The notes under the pieces: model-generated | What the model was told of the DNA's origin: nothing | Seen by the model: only the letters and a program-made list of their open reading frames with translations | The model's database searches: none | From: Macrostomum lignano | Taxonomy: Eukaryota | Assembly (NCBI GenBank): GCA_002269645.1 | Contig: NIVC01001082.1 | Location: 62,001 to 126,000, forward strand | DNA: 64,000 nt | Reading direction: 5' to 3' | Part shown: piece after piece, positions 36,920 to 49,830 of the stretch | Position numbering within the stretch: the stretch's first letter is position 1 | Layout of the letters: every line of letters begins with the position of its first letter | Position numbers and translations under genes: made by a program

Positions 36920-39900
36920 ATGGAGCACAGCCTTAGAATCTGTTCAATCGATGTGGTTACAGAGGCTAATCAGAACAATTTTCTATTGCCTCGTCAAGTA
37001 GCTGTGGATATTGATGATGACTTAACAGTGAGTAAATTTAGTAATAAAACTTTTTTGTCACTTTAGGTCCTTCAAGGGATATCTTTAGGAATCCTCAGCT
37101 GGTATCTTTGGGATCTTTAGTGGGTATTTTAGGGACCTTCAGTAAGTATCCTTAGACCTTCGGTGCATATTTTTGGGACCTTCAGTGGGTATCTTTCAGA
37201 TCATCAGATGGTATCTTTGGGACCTCTAGTGGGTATTTTGAGACCTTCAGTGTGAATATTTAAGAGTATCAGTGGGTATCTTTAGGACCATAAGTAGACC
37301 TATCTTTAGGACCTTCATCAGTGGGTATATTTGAGATCATCAGATGGTATCTTTGGGACCTTCAGTGAGTATCTTTGGGACCTTCAGTGGGTATTTTGGG
37401 GACCTTCAATGGGTATTTTGGGGACCTTCATTGGGTATCTTTAAGTTTTCATAAAGCTTGGGTACATTATCGCCCTGTCATTCCTGTAGTAACTTGAAAA
37501 GCCTTAAAATGCTTTGAGTTGAACCTCACTAAACCTCAATTATTTTATTTCGATTTTCCATTCAGGTCACCATGCAGCTGTGCGACACCAGACTGTTCAA
37601 TCTGGCTTACGCCTCGTCGCCAGCCGGTCAAGACGATACCGGCGTTGCCGCCTTCAAAGAAAAATTCAATCTGTTCACGCAGAAAGAGCTGGCCGACTCG
37701 CTGATGGGCAGCTCGGACGATTTGGGCAGCGCCGCAATCTCCGTTATTGGCTGCGTCGGCTGCAGGCGCGCTGTTGAAGCCTTCCTGGGCCATGTTGGAG
37801 AGACTGGGGAGCCGGCGCTGGACCCCGTGCAGGTTAGTATTGGGATCGGGATTTGAGGTAGCTGGGATCGGTCTCTGGGTAGCTGGGATCGGGCTCTGGG
37901 TAGCTGGGATCGGGATCTGGGTAGCTGGGATCGGGATCTGGGTAGCTGGGATCGGGATCTGGGTAGCTGGGATCGGGATCTGGGTAGCTGGGATCGGGAT
38001 CTGGGTGGCTGGGATCGGGATCTGGGTAGCTGGGATCGGGATCTGGGTAGCTGGGATCGGGATCTGGGTAGCTGGGATCGGGATCTGGGTAGTTGAGATC
38101 GGGATCTGGGTAGCTGGGATCGGGATCTGGATAGTTGGGATTGGGATTGGATTTGAGGTTGTTGGGATCGGGATCTGGGTAGCTGGCTCGGGGATTATGG
38201 TAGTTGGGATTGGGATCTGGGGTAAAGTAAGTTGGGATCAGGAATGTGTCGTTGTCGGGATCAGGATCTTTGATCTGAATATCTGTAGTTGTGATGTGGC
38301 TAATTAGTAGGGATCTTTGTAATAGGAATTCGGGACCGGAAGCATGAGTTCCAGACTGTTATTTGTTAAAAATTCTGCAGCTCCGCGGAAAGACGATCAG
38401 CCTTCACAGCGACTGGTTCGCCTCGGCCACCCGACTTCACTACCTACTTGAAGTAGTTCGCCGCGTACTAGAATGCCGAGTTACTGCCGGCGGCAAGGCA
38501 AAGAAAGGCCGCAGATGCGCTATGCACGGCTTGGACGCGCACAAAACGGGCAGGACCAGCTGGAAGGAGCTGTGGGATGTCATGACAACAGAATGCCGTG
38601 CCGAGCTAGGCCTGGTGTCATTCGAGTCGCTGGAAGACACCCTGGACGCTCATCTTGTCAGGCATAAATTCTGTCGCGAGTGTCGGGCCAAAGTTGAACG
38701 CGCATTCGCCATGATGATTGGCGACGAGGCGCCCGATAACACCTATAAGCCTGCGGTGTTCGCCTTTGTTCGCGTGTGCAAGGAGCGCGGGCATTTGCAC
38801 CTGCTGCCGGACAAAACCGCCACCGACACGCTGTACGAATTGGTGGATAGGGCCGAGCCCGAGCTGCTGCAGAGGTGAGTAATCAGGTGTCTTTTGTTGT
38901 GTCTCATAGTCTGTTCGAATGTGTCTCTTGTTGTGTCTCATAGTCTGTTCAGATGTGTCTTGTTGTGTCTCATAGTCTGTTCAGATGTGTCTTGTTGTGT
39001 CTCATAGTCTGTTCAGATGTGTCTTGTTGTGTCTCATAGTCTGTTCAGATGTGTCTATTGTTGTGTCTCATAGTCTGTTCAGATGTGTCTATTGTTGTGT
39101 CTCATAGTCTGTTCAGATGTGTCTCTTGTTGTGTCTCATAGTCTGTTCAGATGTGTCTCTTGTTGTGTCTCATAGTCTGTTCAGATGTGTCTCTTGGTGT
39201 GTCCGTTAGTCTGGTCAGATGCGCCTTTTAGTGTGTCTATTAGGCCTTTCAGATGTGTCTTAAGGTGTGTCCGTTGATTTTCTAACATGTCTCTGTATAT
39301 CTGTTATTACATTCAGCTCTTTTTGAGTGAAGTGTGCCTTCACGTAAATGTGTTTATTAAACTTTGGCCTTGGTTACAGCTATTGTTGCATTCATGACTC
39401 TTGGGTGGTGAGTGGTGCTGTGTCTGGCTGTGTCCGCCCAATTATCTTTAAGCATGTCTTCAGTTGTGTCCATTAGTCTCCATGTGTGTCTGTTGTTCTT
39501 TTTATGTGTCTCTGGGCATGTCAATATCTCTATTCAACAAGGGCAAGCGTAACCAAATCAGGCCTCTATTCCAGAGCCTGCGAATTCCCTTTGACCTTAT
39601 TACCTACTGATGTGCCGCTCAATGTAGCTCCAACAATTGCAGCAATCCGCGCGAACGCCATGCGCAAACAATGGACGCGGCGCAAGAAGAAGTGCTCACC
39701 TGCATCGGATTGCACCTGTACAACCGGCTGACTCACCTGGCTCACACTCTCCGGTCAGATGAACAGACCTGGCTGCTGTCTCTGCTGCTTTGCCTTGAAC
39801 AGCTCCGCCAGGGTTTGGAATCAGCCGTAGAAAAGAAGCGCGGCTACTCCTCTTTGGACCTGTTCTACTGGCAGCTGGAGCGCGAGGAGAAGGTGGCCGA

Positions 39901-42424
39901 GCAGCGGCGCGAAGCTAAACGAGAGAAGCGTCGCCAGAAACGGCAGAATAAACGGGCGGCGGTTGGCAACGGCGCCACTGATGAAGACGGGGCCGACACT
40001 GCTACTGACTCTGTTGTGACGGTAGTTACTGTTGCACTTGATGCTTTGACCTTCCAGGCCATATTTGTAGCTGGCGCCCCTCTGTAGCTGGTGCCCCTCT
40101 GTAGCTGGCGCCTCCTCTGTAGCTGGCGCCTCCTCTGTAGCTGGCGCCCTTCTGTAGCTGGCGCCTCCTCTGTAGCTGGCGCCTCGCCTCCTCTGTAGCT
40201 GGCGCCTCCTCTGTAGCTGGTGCCCCTCTGTAGCTGGTGCCCCCTCTGTAGCTGGCGCCCCTCTGTAGCTGGCGCCTCCTCTGTAGCTGGCGCCTCCTCT
40301 GTAGCTGGCGCCTCCTCTGTAGCTGGCGCCCCTCTGTAGCTGGTGCCCCTCTGTAGCTGGTGCCCCTCTGTAGCTGGTGCCCCCTCTGTAGCTGGCGCCC
40401 CTCTGTAGCTGGCGCCTTCTCTGTAGCTGGTGCCCCTCTGTAGCTGGCGCCTCCTCTGTAGCTGGCGCCTCCTCTGTAGCTGGCGCCCCTCTGTAGCTGG
40501 CGCCCCCTCTGTAGCTGGCGCCTCCTCTGTAGCTGGCGCCCTTCTGTAGCTGGCGCCTCCTCTGTAGCTGGCGCCTCTTCTGTAGCTGGTGCCCCTCTGT
40601 AGCTGGCGCATCTTTGTAGCTAGCGCCCCCTCTATCTAGCGGCCCCCTGTAGCTGGCGCCATTCTCTGTAGCTAGCGGCCCCCTGTAGCTGGCGCCATTC
40701 TCTGTAGTTAGTGTCCCCTCTGTAGCTGGCGCCCCTCTGTAGCTGGCGCCTCTCTGTAGCTAGCGCCCCCTCTAGCTAGCGGCCTCCTGTAGCTGGCGCC
40801 ATTCTCTGTAGCTAGCGGCCCCCTATAGCTGGCGCCATTCTCTGTAGTTAGCGTCCTAGCCGTAGTTGGTTCCCGTTTTTTAAAGTGCATCTCTTCTTTC
40901 CTTTAGTTCGTAGTTCCTTTAAACGAATAAGTCAGCATTTCGACTGTCGTGAAAAGCGTACACTATAAGACTTATCATTATATACCTTACCGTAGATTTT
41001 TTAGCTGTTGGGTAAACGGCTGGAGTAACTATAGTAGTATTTTAGCATAAAATTTCTCGTCATCTAATTACAGATTGCTCCAGTGACGCAACACTTGACT
41101 GGGGATAGCGAGACAACATCAGCTACTAATTGTGACAACAAGGTTGATGAACAGTCAGCACCCACTAGTCAGCAGCAGCAGCAGCCACCACCGAGGCCTT
41201 CCGATCATTCGCCTCGATCCTCTGGCGGCAGCAACGGCGGCGGCAACGGCGGCGCGGCTTCCTCGGCCTCTTCGTCGTCCTGTTCGACAAGCCACAATAG
41301 CAGCGGTTTCAGTGAGACTGAGGAGTGCTCAGCGACTGGCGGACGCAGCGTTGGCGGTTCAGTTCGTCGTCAGCGTACGACAGGCAATCAGACACAAAGA
41401 CAGCAGCAGAAGCCGTCGTCTATGGAAAGCGTAGCGAACGGTGCGCAAACAACTCAGTGCGATCGGCAGCGTCCGCTATCGTCTGTAAGTCTGGGGCGTG
41501 TGTTATTGCGTCATTTTTTAAATTGTAATTTAGTAATCTAGCTTATTGGTCGGGTCAGGACTAATAATGTACTTTTGAAGGTCACGTCTGATGACGTCAT
41601 TCTAAGAGTCGCAATTGACGATGCCATTCTCAAGGTCACGATTGATGATGTCATTCTTTAGCTCAAGACTGATGATTAGCTAAAGACCTAGGTCACAACT
41701 GATGATGTCATTCTCAAGGTACGATTGATGACATCATTATTAAGGTCTCAACTGATGACGTCATAATCCATTTTAAGACTACTGACGTCATAATTAGGTC
41801 ACAAATGGCGTCATTCTAAAGGTCATGATTTATGACGTTTTTCTTTAGCTCAAGACATTATTAGATTACTACTGATTATGTCATTCTCAAGGTCACAAAT
41901 GATGACGTCATTCTCAAAGACTCTGGACACATGATTTCTAAAATCAGTGTGATTTGTTTTATCTGTTGACATTTCAGTCCCGGCAAGACCATCAGCAGCA
42001 GCCGAGGCCTAATCGAAAATCTGCAAAGCAGACGCAGCCACAGCAACAGCGAAAGCAACCACAGCAGAAGCAGCAGCAACAACAGCAGCAGCAGCAACAC
42101 TGCAGCAATGGATGCTCTACTACTGTTAGTAAGCGCAACAGCAACAACAACAGCAGCAGTCATCCAGGTTGCTATCGCGGCGCAGACGACAGCGGATGTG
42201 ATGAGCCTTGCACTTCTCAGCTCCTGCACCACCTGGGCTCCACTGTAGGTAGCGGAGGCGGTGGCAGTGGCGGAGGCGGCGGCGGAATTCCGGAAGACGT
42301 GGTCGAAGACTTTCTGAAGCACCGGTTGGAAATTGGGAAGCAACGCGAGGAGCTTCGTCGACGGCTTCGCCAGCAGTGGGCCGAGAAAGTCAACAGCGGG
42401 TCGCTGCCGCAGGCGCAGCAGTAG
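36920..42424 (+). CDS. GGNBP2: Gametogenetin-binding protein 2 (ZNF403) homolog
   Basis: Exons 36920-37027 (an upstream in-frame ATG lies at 36911), 37566-37832, 38381-38874, 39643-40021, 41074-41484 and 41978-42424; all GT-AG and phase-compatible. Motifs PRQVAVDIDDDLT|VTM, CVGCRRAVE, HKFCRECRAKV, RERHAQTMDAAQEEVLTCIGLHLYNRL, IPEDVVEDF..REELRRRL. Confidence 0.93.
37075..37445. repeat. ~22-bp degenerate minisatellite, GGNBP2 intron 1
   Basis: GGGTATCTTTGGGACCTTCAGT-like units. Confidence 0.85.
37840..38280. repeat. 21-bp minisatellite, GGNBP2 intron 2
   Basis: (GGGTAGCTGGGATCGGGATCT)n, starting ~8 nt after the donor. Confidence 0.92.
38887..39200. repeat. 32-34-bp minisatellite, GGNBP2 intron 3
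   Basis: (GTGTCTTGTTGTGTCTCATAGTCTGTTCAGAT)n. Confidence 0.92.
40068..40855. repeat. ~18-20-bp minisatellite, GGNBP2 intron 4
   Basis: (TAGCTGGCGCCTCCTCTG)n and variants. Confidence 0.92.
41578..41925. repeat. Degenerate ~27-bp tandem repeat, GGNBP2 intron 5
   Basis: GATGACGTCATTCTCAAGGTCACAA-like units. Confidence 0.75.
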
Positions 42425-43314
42425 CCGGGGCTGGACTGGATGGATTAATTATTATTATTACTATTATTTACTATTAATTATGCCACTATAAATTGTTTGT
42501 CGGAGTCGCGGAATTAATAAATTTATTTAATGATTTAATCTATTATATTATGCCTATGGCAAGTAGGTCGTATGTTTATTATTCCGCCATTATATTACGT
42601 TACTACATAGAATTTATAAGCTGGCACAGATCAAAATACGTCTACTGTGAGATACAGGTATTAACTATGAAATTTGATTGCCAATGACCCTAATTAGAAT
42701 CTACTACACAATTAATACAATAATTTCATTACACTACAGCAATTCTGAACTATTTAATAAGCCTGTCCGTGTTTGGGTTGTTGCTTTTTCCCATCCAATC
42801 CCCATATTTTGCGCGGTGTTTGGTACTAATAGTAGCTGTTATGTAGTAGCATTGTCCGGTCCTATATGTCCTCTAATTCGGGTGTAGAGTTGTTGCGGAA
42901 CCAAATATACTCGCTATTTAAAATAACTTACGAATAAGTTCAAGCAAAGCAAAATAAATCGATTATATTTAAATTCCCTATTCAATCGTTATTTTAAAAT
43001 TGAATAAAATTTTCTTAATTTTTTGTTTCTTATGACAGTTCGTCTTTTCTTCGAATTTATAATTTATTATATTATTAGTTAATTGTTATAAAACTGTTAT
43101 TTATTTGTTTTTTTATATTTCAATGTATGAGTTAAATATTGCAACATCTTTTTGCAATATTCGCAAACCACCCATAGATTTTGGAATATCTATGGTGGAA
43201 GTCTGTTCCAATTTGCTAGAAGATAACTAACCAAACAGTTTGGTCATAACTAACCTAACTCAGGTTTCTCTGATTTTCATTGAAAGTAACTTGTCAATCA
43301 GAAGCGGTTTCTGC

Positions 43315-44035
43315 CATAGACTGGGAATACCCGATACAGACAATTTAGCCTATAAGAAACAGAAAAACTACCTTAGTGTATGAACTCTACACTCCATTAG
43401 ATTGTCCCATACTCGTAGAAGTTCTTTGTGTAGTTTGAATTGAAATTGAATTTGCTCAAAAGTGAGCTGAATGTAAATATGTAAATTGAAAAAAGTTCCT
43501 TTCTTATATAGGCTAAACTGTCTGTATTATGTAATCTATTCCCAGTCGGCAACGGCACGGTCAGCAAGGATTTCATTCCATAAGTTCCCGAATCGAGACG
43601 ACCTGCTGGATGGAAAAATGGTTAAAGAGCATTTCCCGAGAAGCAACTTTCAAGCCATCAAAGCATAGAATTTGCTCTCTTCACTTCACGGAATCCTTCT
43701 TTTTGAATACTTGTGTGTTTACGTCCCACGCTTGCGATCTCTAATCTTGGCCTCATCTTGTATAGCTGATATTTCAGTTGTCATTCCAGTTGCTAGATTT
43801 AGAATTCCTTGACGATGGCGCCCTTTTTGCAAGTTCAAAATATCGAAATGGAATCGATTTTAATGAAAACCAGAGAACTGTGCGAATCCATCAACTGAAG
43901 CGTTCGCAGCAGCTGATGTCTGTGGCCCAAACCCCGGGGTTTTCGTTGCCTGAGAGACGGCCGCTAACTACATTGTACGAGTATCTCGCTAGTGTTAAAT
44001 GACTTGTTACTGTGTAACAAACGCAGTTGTCTATG
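43315..44035 (+). mobile_element. P-element-like non-autonomous element carrying a frameshifted THAP domain
   Basis: CATAGAC...GTCTATG termini; flanks GTTTCTGC / GTTTGAGC (6/8). Peptides SFHKFP and, in a shifted frame, KWLKSISRE..FKPSKHRICSLHF at ~43570-43700. Confidence 0.65.
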
Positions 44036-45269
44036 GTTTGAGCACAATGTAAATCAATGACTCCGTCAGCGATGTCCCTATAACCACGAAAGACAGTTGT
44101 AGAGCTTTTCGTGGAAATTCAACCCAATAGGTTGATTGCCATTAATAGACTAATCCGTCGTAACAATAGGCAGCCGGTACATGTATTTATTGACTGACCA
44201 TTGTCGCTAACTCGATAGCTGAAACAACCGCGCCCTCTGGCCTGCCGGCTATTGGCATACTTGCGGGATCTGCTCCAGACACAGGAACTGGGATTACCTG
44301 CTAATTCCTTGATTCGGCTGATACCAGATTCTTGCCATGAGAATTCTGCGACAGCGCGACAGACTGACATTTGCCGCATCTCGGCATTTCGTTTGGAAAG
44401 GCTATAGCTATAGGGTCGCAAATCTAGCGGGCGATCTTTTTGAGCGGGCTCCATTCTAAAATTCGATTTGCTATTTCGATTTGGATTGCTCCTTTCCTTT
44501 CTTATGGTTACATGTCTTACAGTTCGTTTGAACGAAAAGAGTTGTCTATATGGGTGACGGCCATCCAGTGCAGTATGTAAGAAACGCAGCTGTCTATGAA
44601 ATATACTATTGAGATAACACTCAGGCACGCATGAGCGCACGAGTGCCATAGACTATTTTATCACAAGGCATCACAGAATCTGTGCGCGGTGTACACCTAC
44701 AGTTTGGCGGCCTGCGATCTTAGGCTGCATTGACATAATGGCCAAGCATTCTTAAATGGATTTACTGCACGGCTTGGGATTTACTGCACAGTCGCGCTAT
44801 CTATGTCTATAGCTAAAACCAGAAGAATGCTTTGCCCATAAATCAATGAATCTATCACTAGGTTCCTTCGTGCGTAAATAGTCTATGGCACTCGTGCGCT
44901 AACGCGCACTCGTGCCTATTTACGCACTCGAAACCTAGAGATAAATCTACCATTTATCACCTAGGCGATAGAGTGACTCTATATATCTTTCTTACCCCGA
45001 ATAATCTGAAATTAACAGATAATATTGATATGGTCTCTGCAAAACCATAGCCAGTTTTTAAATAAGACGATCCGCACGGACGCAGAACGTAATTTACAGT
45101 AATACGTTATTTACTAGTACTGTAAGTAATGCTTTCGCTATAGCTAAGTAGATGTATGAATTGCAGTAAATATACCATTATTAAAGTTAAATAAAATTAA
45201 CAGACAGAGCTCTAGCCCAAAGGCCAAATCTGAAGAAGGAACATATTCTTCGGATTCAATAATCTGGTA

Positions 45270-46040
45270 CTGAAGGGAGGAGCGGAGAGACAGATTAAGG
45301 GACTGGGGGAGGAGCGGAGAGGCAGATTCAGGGACTGGGGGAGGAGCGGAGAGGCAGATTCAGGGACTGAGGGAGGAGCGGAGAGGCAGATTCAGGGGCT
45401 GATGGAGGAGCGGAGAGACAGATTCAGGGACTGGGGGAGGAGCGGAGAGGCAGATTCAGGGACTGAGGGAGGAGCGGAGAGACAGATTCAGGGACTGGGG
45501 GAGGAGCGGAGAGGCAGATTCAGGGACTGAGGGAGGAGCGGAGAGGCAGATTCAGGGACTGGGGAGGAGCGGAGAGGCAGATTCAGGGGCTGATGGAGGA
45601 GCGGAGAGGCAGATTCAGGGACTGATGGAGTAGCTGAGAGGCAGATTCAGGGACTGATGGAGGAGCGGAGAGGCAGATTCAGGGGCTGAGGGAGGAGCGG
45701 AGAGGCAGATTCAGGGACTGATGGAGGAGCGGAGAGGCAGATTCAGGGACTGAGGGAGGAGCGGAGAGGCAGATTCAGGGACTGATGGAGGAGCAGAGAG
45801 GCAGATTCAGGGACTGAGGGAGGAGCGGAGAGGCAGATTCAGGGACTGGGGAGGAGCGGAGAGGCAGATTCAGGGACTGAGGGGGAGCGGAGGCAGATTC
45901 AGGGACTGATGGAGGAGCGGAGAGGCAGATTCAGGGGCTGATGGAGGAGCGGAGAGGCAGATTCAGGGACTGATGGAGGAGCTGAGAGGCAGATTCAGGG
46001 GCTGATGGAGGAGCGGAGAGGCAGATTCAGGGACTGAGGA
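45270..46040 (+). repeat. 32-bp minisatellite (GGGACTGAGGGAGGAGCGGAGAGGCAGATTCA)n
   Basis: About 24 units; inverted copy at 49455-49830. Confidence 0.93.
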
Positions 46041-46566
46041 ATGGGTTCAAATAAAAGTGCAAAAATGAAAACCAAATGACACAATTGACGACAATCTTAG
46101 CTTGAGGCATTGAGCAGCTATCTGATGCGATTGTATCAAGTTAAACAAATGTATTAATGAGTGGCGCGCAGAGCCGGTGGGTGTGCATCGCAGATGTGTC
46201 GAATACGTGACATTAATATTAGTGAAGAGATTGGTTGTACTTATACAGGGCACAAACTGCTGCACATAATTTGAGAAAGCAAAGAAGAGTGATTAGCATT
46301 TTAAAAAAGAAGAAACACACCGCAAAGTGAGCACACTGCTATAGGGGTAATTTGAATCATCATAGCAAAGCAAATATTTGTGTGTGGTTTTGATCGCGAG
46401 GAATACTGCAAGAGCGTGGCAGCGTGGGAGCCAAATCCCAGACAGCGCAGAAATCCGATAAAAAATAAACAAAATAGTAAAAAGCAGTAACTTCAGCTGA
46501 CTGGACACCAGCTCTGAAGATATTTTCTACACAGTAAACTGGCTTTTCAACATCAGACAGTTCTAT

Positions 46567-48855
46567 CAAATCCCACTGATGCACTCAAGTGGGGATTACT
46601 CTGAACTGCTAATCCCACTGATGCACTCAAGTGGGGATTAATCTGAACTGCTAATCCCACTGATGCACTCAAGTGGGGATTACTCTGAACTGCTAATCCC
46701 ACTGATGCACTCAAGTGGGGATTACTCTGAACTGCTAATCCCACTGATGCACTCAAGTGGGGATTACTCTGAACTGCTAATCCCACTGATGCACTCAAGT
46801 GGGGATTACTCTGAACTGCTAATCCCACTGATGCACTCAAGTGGGGATTACTCTGAACTGCTAATCCCACTGATGCACTCAAGTGGGGATTAATCTGAAC
46901 TGCTAATCCCACTGATGCACTCAAGTGGGGATTACTCTGAACTGCTAATCCCACTGATGCACTCAAGTGGGGATTACTCTGAACTGCTAATCCCACTGAT
47001 GCACTCAAGTGGGGATTAATCTGAATTGCTAACCCCACTGATGCACTCAAGTGGGGATTAATCTGAATTGCTAACCCCACTGATGCACTCAAGTGGGGAT
47101 TAATCTGAATTGCTAACCCCACTGATGCACTCAAGTGGGGATTAATCTGAATTGCTAACCCCACTGATGCACTCAAGTGGGGATTACTCTGAACTGCTAA
47201 TCCCACTGATGCACTCAAGTGGGGATTACTCTGAACTGCTAATCCCACTGATGCACTCAAGTGGGGATTACTCTGAACTGCTAATCCCACTGATGCACTC
47301 AAGTGGGGATTACTCTGAATTGCTAATCCCACTGATGCACTCAAGTGGGGCTTAATCTGAACTGCTAATCCCACTGATGCACTCAAGTGGGGATTACTCT
47401 GAACTGCTAATCCCACTGATGCACTCAAGTGGGGATTACTCTGAACTGCTAATCCCACTGATGCACTCAAGTGGGGATTAATCTGAATTGCTAACCCCAC
47501 TGATGCACTCAAGTGGGGATTAATCTGAATTGCTAACCCCACTGATGCACTCAAGTGGGGATTAATCTGAATTGCTAACCCCACTGATGCACTCAAGTGG
47601 GGATTACTCTGAACTGCTAATCCCACTGATGCACTCAAGTGGGGATTACTCTGAACTGCTAATCCCACTGATGCACTCAAGTGGGGATTAATCTGAATTG
47701 CTAACCCCACTGATGCACTCAAGTGGGGATTAATCTGAATTGCTAATCCCACTGATGCACTCAAGTGGGGATTAATCTGAATTGCTAACCCCACTGATGC
47801 ACTCAAGTGGGGATTACTCTGAACTGCTAATCCCACTGATGCACTCAAGTGGGGATTAATCTGAATTGCTAACCCCACTGATGCACTCAAGTGGGGATTA
47901 ATCTGAATTGCTAACCCCACTGATGCACTCAAGTGGGGATTAATCTGAATTGCTAACCCCACTGATGCACTCAAGTGGGGATTAATCTGAATTGCTAACC
48001 CCACTGATGCACTCAAGTGGGGATTACTCTGAACTGCTAATCCCACTGATGCACTCAAGTGGGGATTAATCTGAACTGCTAATCCCACTGATGCACTCAA
48101 GTGGGGATTAATCTGAATTGCTAACCCCACTGATGCACTCAAGTGGGGATTAATCTGAATTGCTAACCCCACTGATGCACTCAAGTGGGGATTACTCTGA
48201 ATTGCTAACCCCACTGATGCACTCAAGTGGGGATTACTCTGAACTGCTAATCCCACTGATGCACTCAAGTGGGGATTACTCTGAACTGCTAATCCCACTG
48301 ATGCACTCAAGTGGGGATTACTCTGAACTGCTAATCCCACTGATGCACTCAAGTGGGGATTACTCTGAACTGCTAATCCCACTGATGCACTCAAGTGGGG
48401 ATTACTCTGAACTGCTAATTCCACTGATGCACTCAAGTGGGGATTACTCTGAATTGCTAATCCCACTGATGCACTCAAGTGGGGATTACTCTGAACTGCT
48501 AATCCCACTGATGCACTCAAGTGGGGATTACTCTGAACTACTAATCCCACTGATGCACTCAAGTGGGGGCTTACTCTGAACTGCTAATCCCACTGATGCA
48601 CTCAAGTGGGAATTACTCTGAACTGCTAATCCCACTGATGCACTCAAGTGGGGATTACTCTGAACTGCTAATCCCACTGATGCACTCAAGTGGGGATTAC
48701 TCTGAACTGCTAATCCCACTGATGCACTCAAGTGGGGATTACTCTGAATTGCTAATTCCACTGATGCACTCAAGTGGGGATTACTCTGAATTGCTAATTC
48801 CACTGATGCACTCAAGTGGGGATTAATCTGAATTGCTAATCCCACTGATGTACTC
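46567..48855. repeat. 42-bp quasi-palindromic minisatellite, ~54 units
   Basis: Unit TAATCCCACT-GATGCACTCA-AGTGGGGATTA-CTCTGAACTGC; no variable spacers. Confidence 0.95.
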
Positions 48856-49454
48856 AGGGGGGGGGGGTTAACATAACCTGCTAATCCTAGCACGGAAACT
48901 CCATGGCTCAGTAACCAGTTATGTTTCCAATGTTTCCAATGTTTCTAATTTTTTTTAAAATCTGAGTGCTTATAGTGTATGTGTGGCTTAGTTATAACAC
49001 GTAAAGACATTGCGTCACCCATGTACAATTATATATGCATAAGCATTTTTAATATTTAAAATAAGTCACAAATAGACAAAAAAGTTGAAATTCTGTCATA
49101 AAACACGTTATCCACGAACACAAGAGTAACGGGAAACAACACAGCCAGTTTGTTTATACTAGAGTTATTGTTTTTTATCAGTTTAAATAAATTATTATTA
49201 GTATTGCTACTAAGCTTAGAACAGTATCTTAACTTTGCTTTCACAAATCTATAAAACAAATAAAAAGCAACAGATTTTATGGACTAAGCTTAGAAACTCG
49301 ACGAAAACAAACAGTAAAAGAGGAGTTCAAGCAAAACATTTTTATTTGCCTTTAGTTGCTAACGCAACAGAAAACACAAACTTAAAGACAAATGGGTCAA
49401 GAAGTTCTGAAATCTTTATTTTAGACAGCTCAGTTCTCAAATCTGCCTTCTGGA

Positions 49455-49830
49455 TCCTCCCTCAGTCCCTGAATCTGCCTCTCCGCTCCTCCCTCAGTCC
49501 CTGAATCTGCCTCTCCGCTCCTTCCTCAGTCCCTGAATCTGCCTCTCAGCTCCTCCCTCAGTCCCTGAATCTGCCTCTCCGCTCCTCCCTCAGTCCCTGA
49601 ATCTGCCTCTCCGCTCCTCCCTCAGTCCCTGAATCTGCCTCTCCGCTCCTCCCTCAGTCCCTGAATCTGCCTCTCCGCTCCTCCCTCAGTCCCTGAATCT
49701 GCCTCTCCACTCCTCCCTCAGTCCCTGAATCTGCCTCTCCGCTCCTCCCTCAGTCCCTGAATCTGCCTCTCCACTCCTCCCTCAGTCCCTGAATCTGCCT
49801 CTCCGCTCCTCCCTCAGTCCCTGAATCTGC
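49455..49830 (-). repeat. Inverted copy of the 32-bp minisatellite, ~12 units
   Basis: (TGAATCTGCCTCTCCGCTCCTCCCTCAGTCCC)n on the + strand. Confidence 0.93.

Noticed and set aside
46567-48855. CRISPR-like array (palindromic ~42-bp repeats)
   Set aside because: Units are contiguous with no unique spacers, there are no cas genes, and the context is eukaryotic; it is a minisatellite.
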